Below are positions 13,763 through 26,434 of a DNA stretch of 64,000 nucleotides, one piece after another. The notes beneath the pieces were generated by a model that had not been told where the DNA came from, searched no databases, and worked only from the letters and a program-made list of their open reading frames with translations. Numbering within the stretch: position 1 is the first letter of the stretch; each line of letters opens with the position of its first letter. The stretch is from the human T2T-CHM13v2.0 reference genome, Homo sapiens. The stretch lies in assembly GCF_009914755.1 (NCBI RefSeq), contig NC_060941.1, one strand, 5' to 3'. The position numbers were made by a program, and so were the translations under genes.

Positions 13763-14381
13763 TCAGGAGACATGGTCTCAGCCAACCCTAAGCTATGACC
13801 TCAGTTAAGTCACTTAGCCTCCATCCCTCCTCTGAAAAGTGGGGCAAATATTAACACCCTCACCAGGTTGTGGTGAGGGTGATGGGGCATTCATGTATAG
13901 ATGCTTTGCCTTCATAATCATAGATATTTATGTGGCACTCGGGGTGTGCCAGGCACTGTTCTTTTCACCTGGCATACACTAGCTCATTTTAATTCTCAAA
14001 ACAACCCTAAGAGGTGAGTGTGGGACTGTTATCCCCATTTTATGGATCAGGTGGGTGAAGTCCAGAAGCTCTTGTCATGTATGCAAATGGAAGTTCTGAT
14101 GCTCCTGAGGGGGGCTGGCCTCCAAACAGGGGGCTGAGTGTTCTTTTAAGTGTCCCTGTGTGTTAATGACAGAGCAGGGGCATTAACTTGACCTCGCCAG
14201 GGGCAACAGCCCGCAACAGCTGCATTGCGGTGGCTGAGAGGAGACTTTGCACTCACAGCCACTTGGAGAGTGGGCTTGGGATGTGTGACCTGGGGCCTCT
14301 GCTGTAGTCTGGGGTGATGACTCTCCAGACATGGGGAAGTCCTGGGCCTGTGCAGACCCTCCCCTCTGTCTCTCTCTCCAG

Positions 14382-14562
14382 AGGGCCCTGGTGGAGACGC
14401 ACCTGCGTCAGATCTGTGGTTTGGAGCAGCAGCTGCGGCAACAGCAAGGCCTCCAGGATGCAGCCTTCTCCAACCTGAGCCCACCGCCAGCCCCCGCCCC
14501 TCCCTGCACTGATTTAGACCTGCACTACCTGGCACTGAGAGGGGGATCTGGCTTGAGTCATG
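14382..14562 (+). CDS. TBKBP1: TBKBP1 coding exon 4 (RALVETH...GLSH)
   Basis: Pyrimidine tract + cag|, |gtgag; 181 nt. Confidence 0.96.
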
Positions 14563-14768
14563 GTGAGATCTCAGTGACCCCGACTTACCTCCTAGTCCCC
14601 AACCCCCATTTCAACATTCCTAGACACCTCGCACTTACTTACCATCCCATTTGTAATATAATCTATTTCTCCATAATCATCCCATCCTCCCTTACCTGCT
14701 GTCCCCTCACCTCACCCACTGTTACCCTAATTTCTCCCCTTCTAACTCGGGCATTCCTGATCACCTCG

Positions 14769-14802
14769 TTGCAATTCCTGTGCCTGCCAGCAGAGGGCGC
14801 CC
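14769..14802 (+). promoter_or_regulatory. Candidate CTCF site with upstream module, forward orientation
   Basis: TTGCAATTCC-tgtgc-ctgCCAGCAGAGGGCGC fits the upstream motif plus core with typical spacing. Confidence 0.75.
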
Positions 14803-15106
14803 CCACCCAGAGTCCCCCCGCCCCGTCTCTGGCTGTGACTAGGAGAGGCCCTTGCAGATGCTCTAGACTTGAGTCTGGCCAGTAAAGCCTTCAAGAGCCC
14901 ATCTTATTTTTTTCCTGGCCTCCAGGAAAATTAGAAATGCGGCTCAGCCCATCTTTCCTCGCTGCCCTTGTCGCAGTCATCCCTCCTTGGCTAGCTGTCC
15001 TGGCTTCTCTCTTGGAGTCCCCATGCTGCATCCTCCTGTTTCACTCTGGCTCTGGGAGCTGGAGGAGGCAGCTGAGCTCGCCTGACGTTGTCCTGTCCAC
15101 CGACAG

Positions 15107-15282
15107 CAGGCTGGCCGGGCTCCACACCCAGTGTGAGTGACCTGGAGCGGCGGCGGCTAGAAGAGGCTTTGGAGGCCGCGCAGGGAGAGGCCCGGGGGGC
15201 TCAGCTCCGGGAGGAGCAGCTCCAGGCCGAGTGCGAGCGGCTGCAGGGGGAGCTGAAGCAGCTGCAGGAGACCCGGGCCCAG
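15107..15282 (+). CDS. TBKBP1: TBKBP1 coding exon 5 (AGWPGS...ETRAQ)
   Basis: CAGCAG tandem acceptor; |gtaaat; 176 nt restores the frame. Confidence 0.94.
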
Positions 15283-15422
15283 GTAAATGCAGGGGCCTGG
15301 AACAGCTTCTGGAGGTCCAGGGCTGGGCCTTCCCCACTGTGTGCAGACTGGCCCAGGGAACTGTAGACAAGGGCCCTGGCAGGGGTGAGCTTGGGCTCTG
15401 ACCTCTTCATCTTCTTCCTTAG

Positions 15423-15484
15423 GATCTGGCCTCCAACCAGTCGGAGCGAGACATGGCGTGGGTGAAAAGAGTTGGGGATGATCA
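15423..15484 (+). CDS. TBKBP1: TBKBP1 coding exon 6 (DLASNQSERDMAWVKRVGDDQ)
   Basis: tag| and |gtaagt; 62 nt. Confidence 0.95.
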
Positions 15485-15501
15485 GTAAGTCACATTGGTA
15501 A

Positions 15502-16174
<673 letters not shown>

Positions 16175-17138
16175 GGAGGTGGGGTTCTTGAGTGTTTGGG
16201 ATCTGGGACATTCCCTTTGCTTTCCTCTGGGGCCCAAACCCATCTCTTCTGGAGATGCCAGGGCTAAGTGACACTTACTCGGCTGCTTTGTCGCTGTGTC
16301 CAGTGTAATGTCCCCTGCTGAGCTTTTGGGCCTCCGTAGGGCCCCATTTTCTATTCCAGTGACAAGGCCCGGCCAGTTGGGTTCACCCTCCCCTCCCTAG
16401 TGAGGAAGAGGGAGGTGGTGTTTCTTGGGATTTGTTGGGCCTTGTCTGCTGATCTCAGGAGAGAGAAGCCTGAGGCTTAGAGACAGGAGAGGTTTCCATG
16501 GGTTCACACAGCCGTGGGGTGGGGAGTTAGAATCTGCTCTGCTAGGGTACTCCCTTGAATCCTACCAAGAAAGGGGCAGCAGAGAGCGGCAAGGGAGCTG
16601 TGTTGGTGGGGGGCCCAGTGCTGGGGCCTCCAGGGGGGCACTGGACAGCAAGGGAGGGGTGAGCAGCCACCCGGCAACAGTGGAACCTGGTGCCTTTCAC
16701 ATCCGCACTGAACTCACCCTCTCCCACTTTCTGAGAAATAGAGCTCAAACCTCTTTCCGCCTAAGTCCTCTCCCCTAAGATGAGCTGTGTGGCACAGACT
16801 CCCTACTCTAATTGGAGGAGAAGACTGAGGCCCAGAGAGGGGCAGGAACTAACCCTCCACCGCATAGCATACCCAGCTCCGGGGCTCCGGAGGTCTCCTG
16901 CCCAGCAGGCTTCTTCCTTATCTGCCTCCCAGCTTCTGGCCAACTGGGGATACCCCTCGCCTACCTCCCTACCTAAGAGTGAGGGCTTGGGTGGAGCTGT
17001 GATAGCTGGGGAGGTGGTGAGAACCCAGTTTGTGGGACTGGTGGGTGGGACCCCTCAGCTAGGCCTTTGTGGAGAGGGTCCACCCTAGCTTGTGGCTGGA
17101 GCTTGGGGCCCATCATAGCCCATGTGCCCAGACCTGGA

Positions 17139-17156
17139 ACACACAGACACACACAG

Positions 17157-17187
<31 letters not shown>

Positions 17188-17200
17188 CTCTCTCTCTCTC
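17139..17200. repeat. Compound (CA)n(CT)n microsatellite
   Basis: Read directly. Confidence 0.95.
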
Positions 17201-19800
17201 ACACTCTCCAATCCTAGCTTGCCCCAGAAGTCATGATGTAGGGCCCTTCATGGGTCACTGAACCCAGTCCCCTCTTACCAGACCAGCAGTGAATCTCCCT
17301 GAATTGGTAGAACTCCAAGGGAGGACATTTTGGTGGGGCTGGAGTCTGGCTCTTCAGGTTTTGAATCCCAGGGGCCTTTCTTTACTGACTTGGACTCTAC
17401 CTCTCTGGATCCAGTTTCCCTCACAGGCTCAGGGGCCAGTCATTGCTGAGAGATGGGAGAGGAAGGTGAGGCGGTGGGTAGAAGCAGAGAAGGGGCAGGG
17501 CTCCCAGGGGCCAAGGTTGTATTGTGTGAGTGAAAGGAAGCCCACCCTATAAGGGGCTAGGAGGCCGTATCATCCACGCTGCCCATTCTGGCAAGAGCAG
17601 CCCCTTCCCTCTCTCTCTCAAGGCTCCTGCCCTTCTCAGGCCCTTTGGCTGGAGGGAGCTGGCCTCTGCTTGGGGGCTGGCCCCACAGGCTTACTGGAGG
17701 CCACCTCCTGGCTCCTCCCCTCCTTCCCTGTGATTAGGCTCTGCCTCCAGCCTCCCAGATCTCTGCATCTGGAGCCAGCCAGGCTCTGCTGCCCAGCCAC
17801 ACGCTTCCTTTCAGGCCGAGCGAGCATCTCTGGACAGCCCTAGTTTGGCGAGCGTTAATTCTCAGAGGAAGTCCTCACTACCCCGATAGTTTTATTTTCT
17901 TATAAACTCAGCTCCTTTTGGTAATAGGCTGCTTCCCGAGTGCTCCCTCCCCTGTCCTTCCACCCAAGGAAGCCTCAGTCACTTGCTTTCAGCTCCTCTT
18001 CCCCCACTAGTGCCCCTCTTTCTTCTGTTTCCACCTGACTTTCCAGGCTGGTGGGAATTTTACAAGTAGGCTTTTCCGGGAGTGGAGTGAGTGTCGAGGC
18101 TGGATGACCCAGGTTTGGGGTGTGATTGGGGTGAGGAGGACCAGGATATGAAGGCTGAAGAGGGGTACACCCAATTCCTGAGTCCAGCCCACTCTTAGGC
18201 GGGAGTCTTCTGTATGGTGAACTCTGTATGTATGTATGCCCACCTGTCTTGGTCTAGACACCTCCGGGGCAGCCAGTTTTATTGCGGGAGTCCTCAAGGT
18301 TAACCGCCCCCACCCCCATCTCTATTAATTCCCTTCTCTGGATCCTAGCCCCAGCCCCAGGGTTTCCCAGTTCCTTCCCTCCCAGCCCCTGGCCCACAAG
18401 TTCTGGCCATTAACGTTCCCACGAAAACAGACACCCAGACCAGACCGAGGCAGACTACTACCCTCCAGGTCTGACCCCCTGGGAAACCCATGGTTTGGTT
18501 TGCCCAGCTCCTGGGGACAGAGCCCAGGGAGACAAATTGCCCCAGAGGAAGAGCCACTGGGGGTCACGCAGAGGCCAAAGGCAGTGATGAGGGAGGCGGT
18601 GGGAGCAGAGCCCACCCTGCTCCTGAGGATGCACAGGGAGGTAAAGACCCTGACCCTTGGGGGGTTCCCAGCCCAGGTGGAAGGCGCAGCACCCACAACC
18701 CCCTTCTCTCTGGGCCCAGCTCCCCAGCCTGGGGTTCCAGAGTGGGGCCTTTTGGAGGGTATGGCCGTGCTGAGGGGGAGGGGAAATGCGGGGGGGGACT
18801 TCTTGAAGGGGATGAGGGCTCCGAAGGGACAGGGGGTCTGTGAGGGGAATAAGGGCCCGGTAAGGGAGGGTGGGCTCATCTGTGCGGGGTCCATCTGGGA
18901 GAAGATGGGGACTCAGTATGGGCGATGAGGAAAAAACTATAGGCCTTTCTTTCTTCCCAACGTTGGGGGCTCAGCGCTGCAGCCCGGGCCCTTTTCCGCA
19001 CCACCTCCCCCCCCACCCCTCTCTCCACCCACAAGCCTCTGCGTGGGCTGCGGTTAGTGGTGGGAAGAAGTGTGAACTCGAGAGAGAGGATGGAAACTCT
19101 GCACGGAGGTCAAGGGCAGCGTGGGGTGGGTCAGGACGGAAGTCGGAGACCCCCGCATACCCTGAGCGTAGCCTCATGCCCCAGAACCAGCAGGCCCAGG
19201 GCCTCCCCCTTCACGCTTCTCACCCTCCCTACTTCCTTTCTTTCAAGTCTCCTTCGGCCAGGGCACCCGCGCTGCACTCACAGGAGTTAACCCCTGAGCA
19301 CTTGCAGCCTCGGGGGCTCCCAGAGGCTAGGTGGGTCTGAGGGATGTGTGGGCTTTCAGCCCCAGTCCTTGGTGCTTTGCCTGCCAGCAGGGTGGGGAGC
19401 AGCTCATGCCAGCGCCCCCTCCCTCGATGGGAAACGCCCATCTTCCCTCCTTAAACCGAAGCCACTAGGCTGCTGTCTCCAAAAAAAGGCTCAAAACAAG
19501 TTTCCCCCCTTCTCCACCTATCTGCTAGGCACTCCCCTGAAATTTTTTTTTTTTTTTGTCCATGCCAGACACTATGCGAGGTGATTTACCTACAAAATCT
19601 CATTTCATTCTCACAAACGTGATGTAGGTATTGTCCCCCTTTTACAGATGAGCAAACTGAGGTGCAGGGAAGTGAAGTAATCTGAGAGTTCAGTAAGAAG
19701 TTCAGTGCAGATGCCAAGTGGGTCCTGAGCAGATCGGGTGATGGCACCTCTGCGGTGTGTTTCTGGTTCAGGTTCTTCTTCAGGTAGAAAGCCCTTATAT

Positions 19801-19934
19801 GAGGGGCAACCGTGTGATTTGTTGACCAGACTGGATCACTTTTGAAAGTGAAAGGGGGCACTATTAATAATTATGCTGGGGCAACTAGCGTGAACTGGGA
19901 CAGTCCTAGGCAAACTGGGATCTCTGGGCACCCC
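19801..19934. mobile_element. hAT-Blackjack DNA transposon remnant (MER94-like)
   Basis: agtgaaagggggcactattaataattatgctgggg...gggacagtcctaggcaaactgggat resembles the MER94 consensus as I recall it. Confidence 0.65.
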
Positions 19935-20422
19935 ACCTATGTAGGAACCCTGGTTTCCAGGCCTACCCCTGAGCTGCTCCAATCAGCTGCATCTGGGAAG
20001 CTTTCTAGACCCGGGATGTCAGCTCTGGTGGATTTGTGGCAGGGGCTGCCATGAAGAGCCAGGCTCTGGGGACCCCACCAGTCATAGCTGGTCGAGGAGA
20101 GAGAAGGGGCTCAAGGCGCCCGAAAGGAAGTGGTGGAGCACTGGGTTGTTGCAAAGCAACTTCCTCCTCCCCGCCGGCCCGCAACCTCAAGTCCGTTCCA
20201 CGGCCCGGTGCCTGTGGTCCCCTCCCCGAGGGTCAGGCGGGAAGACTGATGCTGGGTGTGCCTGTGGGTGGTGGAAAGTTTGGTCCCTAAATTATCCCAC
20301 AGGGGTGAGGTGGCTGGGGCAGCTGGGGGCAGCTTTGAGCAAGGATGGAAGGGCCCTGGAAGGTTGGATTTCTGTTTTCCTCCCAATTCTGAATCAGACG
20401 ATGATTCTGACCACATGGACAG

Positions 20423-20500
20423 CTCTAAACCTAACCCTAATCCTAACCCTTTTACTGCTCCCGTCCCTGACTCTAACCCTATCCCTGATCCTGACCTTCA
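20423..20500. repeat. Degenerate telomere-like hexamer array
   Basis: 13 in-register hexamers including ctctaa acctaa ccctaa tcctaa and ccctga ctctaa ccctat ccctga tcctga. Confidence 0.75.
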
Positions 20501-21009
20501 GCTCTGTCCACAATCTTGGCCACGTGCTACATCAACCCCACTCCTAGTCTGACCCTGGCTCCTTTAATCCTGTCCTCAAGGCAGTCCCCAGCTTTATCGT
20601 TTCCAGAAAAGTGTGTGAGATCTGTGAATTATTCGTGGAAAGACTGAATGAAAGGATGCGAAGCGTGGAATATTTGCAGCCCAGGGGGCCCTCCTTCCTG
20701 CCAGCTCTGCCATTTGCTCTCTGGCTCCTCCGAAGTTGCCAGCTTGGCAGGCTGAGGTGCCAAGAACCTGTGTTTGAATCTGCTGTGTGCCACTGCCACT
20801 CTGTGACCTTGAGCCAGCCTCTTAATCGCCCTGATTTTCTACTTCCACATGTGTCTAGCACCTTCCTATCACCCCCAGGGAAGGGGTGGTGATTCTCAGG
20901 GCTTCCAGGCCACTGCCAAGGTCCCCAGTCCCCTCCTCCTCTTCGTCTTTCCCTTCTGTTGCTGCCTTGCCTTTCCTCTCCCCTCCTTCCCGCTTCTTTG
21001 GGGGACGTT

Positions 21010-21240
21010 ATAGCATGATGGTCAGTAGCCTGGACTTTGGAGTCTAGGGGGCAGAGCTCCCATCCCAGCAACTCCATTGCTAGTAGGCTTTATGATTTTG
21101 GTCAAGTAACTTAACCTCTGTAAGCCTCAGTTTTCTCATCTGTAAAATGAAGGTAACAGTGGCAATGCCGTAGGGTTGTTGTGGAGATGAATAAAGTTCT
21201 CAGCAGAGTGCCTGGCCCCGGGGTGAGCACTCAAACAGAT
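21010..21240. mobile_element. MIR
   Basis: gcctcagttttctcatctgtaaaatg core. Confidence 0.75.
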
Positions 21241-22631
21241 CATCCGATTCTTTTCTCTCTGGGTGCCTCCCAGGTTTTGAAAGACTCAGAACTTTCTCCT
21301 GTCATGTAAGCAATAAAGCAGCATCCAAATGCAGCCATCTGCTGCCACTTACCTGACCCATTCTTCCCAAGCAGTCATGATGGTGAAAAAGCACTCAGGT
21401 GTGGGCCAGGAAGCCAGGAAATGGAATGTGTATTTCGGTGCACGTGTGCAACTCTTGGTTGTGTTGTGAAGTTGAGATTTTTTTTTCCACTGAATTGGCA
21501 GTGTTTTCAGTGAGTCATTCAGGTCGTTAGCATCTTCAGCGGCCCAGGCCTGTGCATCTTGAGATGGAGAGAGACACCCAATGAAGGGGGAGGTCCCAAA
21601 AGGCCATGGGGCATCAGGAGGAGGTCAAGTCAATCACCTTGCCGGGGACTTAGCAGTCTTTGTGAGGGTTGCCTGAAGTTCTGGGTGGACAGAACCCACC
21701 TGCCTCAGGCCCCAGGTGGCAGAGCTGGGAGAGGGGCTGGGCATTGTGGGCCAGGGCTTCTTCCTTCCATTTTCAGCCACCCTGTCTGTTTCACTGTGAG
21801 AAGGATGCCAGGGGCTGGGTGGTAGAAACTGGGGTAGCTCCTGACAAGGGGAGGGAGGCAAGCAGGGGAGTGACAGGGACCTGGGAACTGAGTGTGGCAG
21901 GTGAAATCTCTGAGGCGGGGTGTGAAGACGACGACCTGTATCTGTCGCCTGAGATACAGCAGTGAAAATGGATGGTGAGAGAAGCTTTGGCTATGTGGAC
22001 AGAGGACCACACTCTGTCTGTGCCCTGCCCAGAGCCCTCTCCTTCCCCTGCTGCCAAGGAGATAGCACGATCCTGCCCTCCAAAAACCGCCAGTCTGATG
22101 GGGGACACACAGCTCCTGCCCACAGATGTCCTCAGTCTGAAGGGGAAGCCTTCCCTTGGGGAGTCCCCAATTTGACGTGGGACACACCTGGACCTCCCAG
22201 TCTGATGGGGGAGATGCCATTTCTTCCCACAGACCCATGAGCTGAGGATGAGGGGGCACAGGACACATTTAACAAAAACAAGGGCTGAGATGTGATGGGA
22301 TGGAGGCTGCAGGGTCTCAGCAGCAGCTTCTGGGACTCCTTCCTCTCTGCCTGCCCAGCCCTGCTCACCATCAGATGGGTGGCGAGGACTCCCTCCCTAA
22401 GAAGAGGGCTGTCTCCCAGAGACCTGGCCCATTTGCAGTAATTTGGCTTTGGCCCAAGTGGGTTAAAAATAGTCTTGTGGGAGGGGCAGTTTCTGCCCCA
22501 GGATTAGTAAGAGACAGCCAGTGAGCGACAGCAGGGAGCCTAGTCATTATCTACCCTCTCCACCTCTCTTTTCCTGCCCTCTGAAGCCCTAACCTCACGA
22601 CTTCCCCTCCTCTCCTTTAGGGTTAGACTTA

Positions 22632-22632
<1 letters not shown>

Positions 22633-22685
<53 letters not shown>

Positions 22686-22686
22686 C
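22633..22686. repeat. (AC)23 microsatellite with a short interrupted tail
   Basis: Read directly. Confidence 0.95.
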
Positions 22687-24201
22687 CCCTACGCTCATTC
22701 ACGCCTTTCCTCATTCATCAGCCTGGCCTCACACCTCTCTTCACACTCTCCCATCCACATGTCCATCACTATGGGATGGGGACAGGGCCCTCCAGGCTTA
22801 AGAACTTGAGCCCCCTTGTCCTGGGACAAGACCTCCCCTGGGAAGAGATCTGTGTGGAGTGACACCTGGTATTTTCTCCCAGCTCCATCTTCCACTAAGT
22901 TCCCCGAGTCCCTTCTGGAGCTGGAGGTGGGGAGAGCCAAAGAAACCTAAATCTCTGCCTTCAGGGAGATTCAAGGCTCTGTCCACACTCAGAACAGTGA
23001 TGAAGGCAGGGCCCAAGGGCATGGCAGAGCTTCCCATGAGGTCAGGGAGGGCTCCTGGGGCCGTGCAGGCCACAGTGGGAGAAAGCAGAGAGCAGTGGAG
23101 TGATGACCTTCCATGGTTCTGGGTTGCAAGTGACCTAGAGATAAAGGAAGTGGGTGAGGTTCCTTGCCAAGTCTGTTCCAGCTCCATGAGGGTGGGTGCC
23201 CAAGATGCCTGAACAGGAAGCAGGGAGGAAGAAAGGGAAGGAGAAAGAAAAATGGAGGGAGAGGCTCAAATGCATTATCCACTTACTGAACATCTGCTGG
23301 GTTCCAGGCCCTGGACAAGGTGGTGGGAATATAAATACAATGACGTAATCCTCACCATCAAGAAACTTCCCATAAAGTTCTAGAACAAGGCAGCCTTTGA
23401 GAAGTGCCTGGTGTGACTGGCACTCACTGCAAGTGTGCAGTGTACAGCAGCTGTTCACAAAGATCTCAGTGTTAAGGCCCTGGTGGAGTTGTACAGCAAG
23501 GAGGTCCTGGGAGGGGCAAAGCTGAAAAGAGCCCAGAGGCAGCTTTGAGGTCGAGCCAGGTGCAGTGGACATGGAATTGGGCTGGCTTGGGGTTAAGTTT
23601 ATCAGTTAGCACCTCCACCAGCCAGGAAACCATCTTCACTTATGGAACGAGCTATTCTATGCAGCAGGGTCCCCAACCTTTTCAAAGGTGAGGACTCTTC
23701 ATGGATCCCACTCCCAGTACACAGATTATAACACTTTTAGTATGCATTGCTTGAGAAAATTCACAGTGACAGAAGCTACTATAAATTCAGTACAGCTTTT
23801 TGATGAATCGGTGCTTTAATTCATCATCACAGCTTTTGCACAGATTAGAAAAACATTCACACATACCTGTATGAGCTGTGTTCAGACCACGGACAGTGCC
23901 TGATGCAGGGATTCAGGGAGCCCTTGGAATCTCTCTGCTCCCTGTCCCTGCACTTAGGCTGGGAACCACTGCCCTAGCCCAGGGAATGGGTCTCAGGATG
24001 CAGAGGGAGTCTCCCTGGAAGAGGTGGCTTTTGAGCTGGACCTTAAAGGTAGGGAGGATTTCTGCAATTGGGGTAGGAGGGCCCTGCGGGTGGGAGGGAG
24101 CATGGTGGGGCCAGATGCTGGGGTAGAGCCAGTTCTTCCTCCACAGCTGGGACGGTAGACCCACTGCCCTTCTCGTCTTTCCCACTGCCCTCTGACTTCA
24201 G

Positions 24202-24320
24202 GGTGAATTTGGCGCTGGCCTACACCGAGCTGACGGAGGAGCTGGGCCGGCTTCGGGAGTTGAGTTCCCTACAGGGGAGAATCTTGAGGACTCTGTTGCA
24301 GGAACAGGCCCGGAGTGGCG
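24202..24320 (+). CDS. TBKBP1: TBKBP1 coding exon 7 (VNLALAYTELTEEL...ARSG), TBK1-binding domain region
   Basis: cag| and |gtgag; 119 nt; phase matches both neighbours. Confidence 0.95.
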
Positions 24321-24532
24321 GTGAGATGGGGCAGGGCAGGGGGAGGCAGCCGCGGGACCCGGGAAGGAGCGGGTAGCCATGGCAACCATCTTGGTCATGG
24401 GGACCACCCTTTATTTCCTTTCCTGTGGCCTGGAGTTGGTGGGCATGGGTCCGGGCAAGCCCCTGGCGCTCCAGTTCTGAGGTCTTCTCTCTGCACCTTT
24501 GTCCCCCCACCCCGTCCCGGTTTCTCTTCCAG

Positions 24533-25260
24533 GCCAGAGGCACTCGCCGCTGTCACAACGCCACTCCCCGGCCCCCCAGTGCCCCTCCCCCTCCCCGCCT
24601 GCCCGAGCGGCTCCCCCGTGCCCCCCGTGCCAGTCCCCCGTCCCCCAGCGCCGCTCTCCCGTGCCCCCGTGCCCCTCGCCGCAGCAGCGCCGCTCTCCGG
24701 CCTCACCCTCCTGCCCGTCGCCCGTCCCGCAGCGCCGCTCGCCGGTGCCGCCGTCGTGCCAGTCCCCCAGCCCGCAGCGCCGTTCCCCGGTGCCCCCCAG
24801 CTGCCCGGCCCCGCAGCCCCGGCCACCGCCGCCGCCCCCGCCGGGCGAGAGGACGCTGGCCGAGCGCGCCTACGCCAAGCCGCCCAGCCACCATGTGAAG
24901 GCCGGCTTCCAGGGCCGCCGCAGCTACTCTGAGCTGGCGGAGGGCGCGGCCTACGCGGGCGCCTCCCCGCCCTGGCTGCAGGCCGAAGCGGCCACTCTCC
25001 CCAAGCCCCGGGCCTACGGCAGCGAGCTCTACGGCCCTGGCAGGCCCCTCAGCCCGCGGCGCGCCTTCGAGGGCATCCGGCTGCGCTTCGAGAAGCAGCC
25101 GTCGGAGGAGGACGAGTGGGCTGTGCCCACCAGCCCGCCCAGCCCGGAGGTGGGCACCATCCGCTGCGCCTCCTTCTGCGCGGGCTTCCCCATCCCCGAG
25201 TCGCCCGCCGCCACCGCCTACGCCCACGCCGAGCACGCGCAGTCCTGGCCGTCCATCAAC
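24533..25260 (+). CDS. TBKBP1: TBKBP1 coding exon 8, Pro/Ser-rich repeats, inside an intragenic CpG island
   Basis: cag| and |gtgagt; 728 nt; lies in ORF 24499-25305. Confidence 0.96.
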
Positions 25261-25489
25261 GTGAGTGGGGCGCCCGCGTTCCGCCCACCCCGGACCGGGC
25301 CTTGAGATTGAGACCCCAGCGCCTCACCCTCCGTTGAGGGCCTTGCCCCTTTCGGGTGTCAGCGCACAAACTATTCACCCTCCTTGGACCCCGGGCCACA
25401 GTCTAGGTCCTTTCACCTCCCTTTCCCGTGGTCTTCTGTCACCAGAAATTGGGGCCTGCCCCATTAAGATTTCGTTCATTTCCTTGGAT

Positions 25490-25705
25490 AAGGATATGGA
25501 TTTTGGAGTGAGTGACAGTTCTGCCTTTGATTCCAAACTCCACCGCTTAATAGCTGTGGGACCTTGTGCAAGTTACTTATCCTCTCTGATCCTCAATATT
25601 CTCATCTGCAAAATGGGGACAATGATTATAGTATCTGACTACCTTACAGGGTTCTTAAGAAGCAGGCAGTGAGCCTAAAGTGGTCAGCACAGTGCCTGGC
25701 TCAAG
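25490..25705. mobile_element. MIR
   Basis: agctgtgggaccttgtgcaagttactt...ttctcatctgcaaaatgggg. Confidence 0.75.
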
Positions 25706-26305
25706 CACCTGCTATTATATTGGCTGTGGTGATGGTGGCTACTGACCATAGCAGGCCACCAGCCAACACAGGAACAGGCCTGTTTATCCAGCTCCCTTCT
25801 TCAGGCCTCAGAGCCCTTGCCCTTTTCTGTCTGTCCTGAAAGACAGAAGCCTATCTCAGGGCTCAATCATTTCACTGAAATAATGAGTTCCCTGAATGTC
25901 AGAGCCACCCATTGTAACCTGGAAAGACCAAAATATACTCCAAAGCCAGACAGAAAATTATTTTGGGGTTGTACCTTGTTTAGGATCGTACATTGCTTTG
26001 AGTTATCCGGGAGCTGTCTTAGTCACTCTGGGGGCATGTCTGGGTCTTGGCTTCTCTCATTACCACAGATGCCCTGGCAAGCTTAGCAGTGACTCTCTCA
26101 TACCTGCCTCCTGGGGACCCTGTCCCTGGGCAGGGGGGTGGACACTGAGCTGGTGTGGGGGAGGACGGTGCTGAAGAAAGGGTGGCTGGACCCCTCCTGC
26201 ATGCCACAGCCCTCCCTGCCCTGGGTCCTGGGACAGGGCAGGCTGGGATGTGGGGACCATGGGTGGGGGCTGGGGACCATAAGTGACTTCCTTCTCTCTC
26301 GACAG

Positions 26306-26434
26306 TTGCTGATGGAGACGGTGGGCTCCGACATCCGCAGCTGCCCCCTCTGCCAGCTGGGTTTCCCTGTCGGGTACCCGGATGATGCCCTCATCAAACA
26401 CATTGACTCCCACCTGGAGAACAGCAAGATCTAG
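26306..26434 (+). CDS. TBKBP1: TBKBP1 last coding exon, C-terminal zinc finger (CPLC...HIDSH), stop TAG
   Basis: cag|; exon lengths sum to 1848 nt = 615 aa plus stop. Confidence 0.97.
   Translation: MLMETVGSDIRSCPLCQLGFPVGYPDDALIKHIDSHLENSKI

Noticed and set aside
24315-25236. Alternative-frame and antisense ORFs over TBKBP1 coding exon 8
   Set aside because: Shadow ORFs of a very GC-rich exon.
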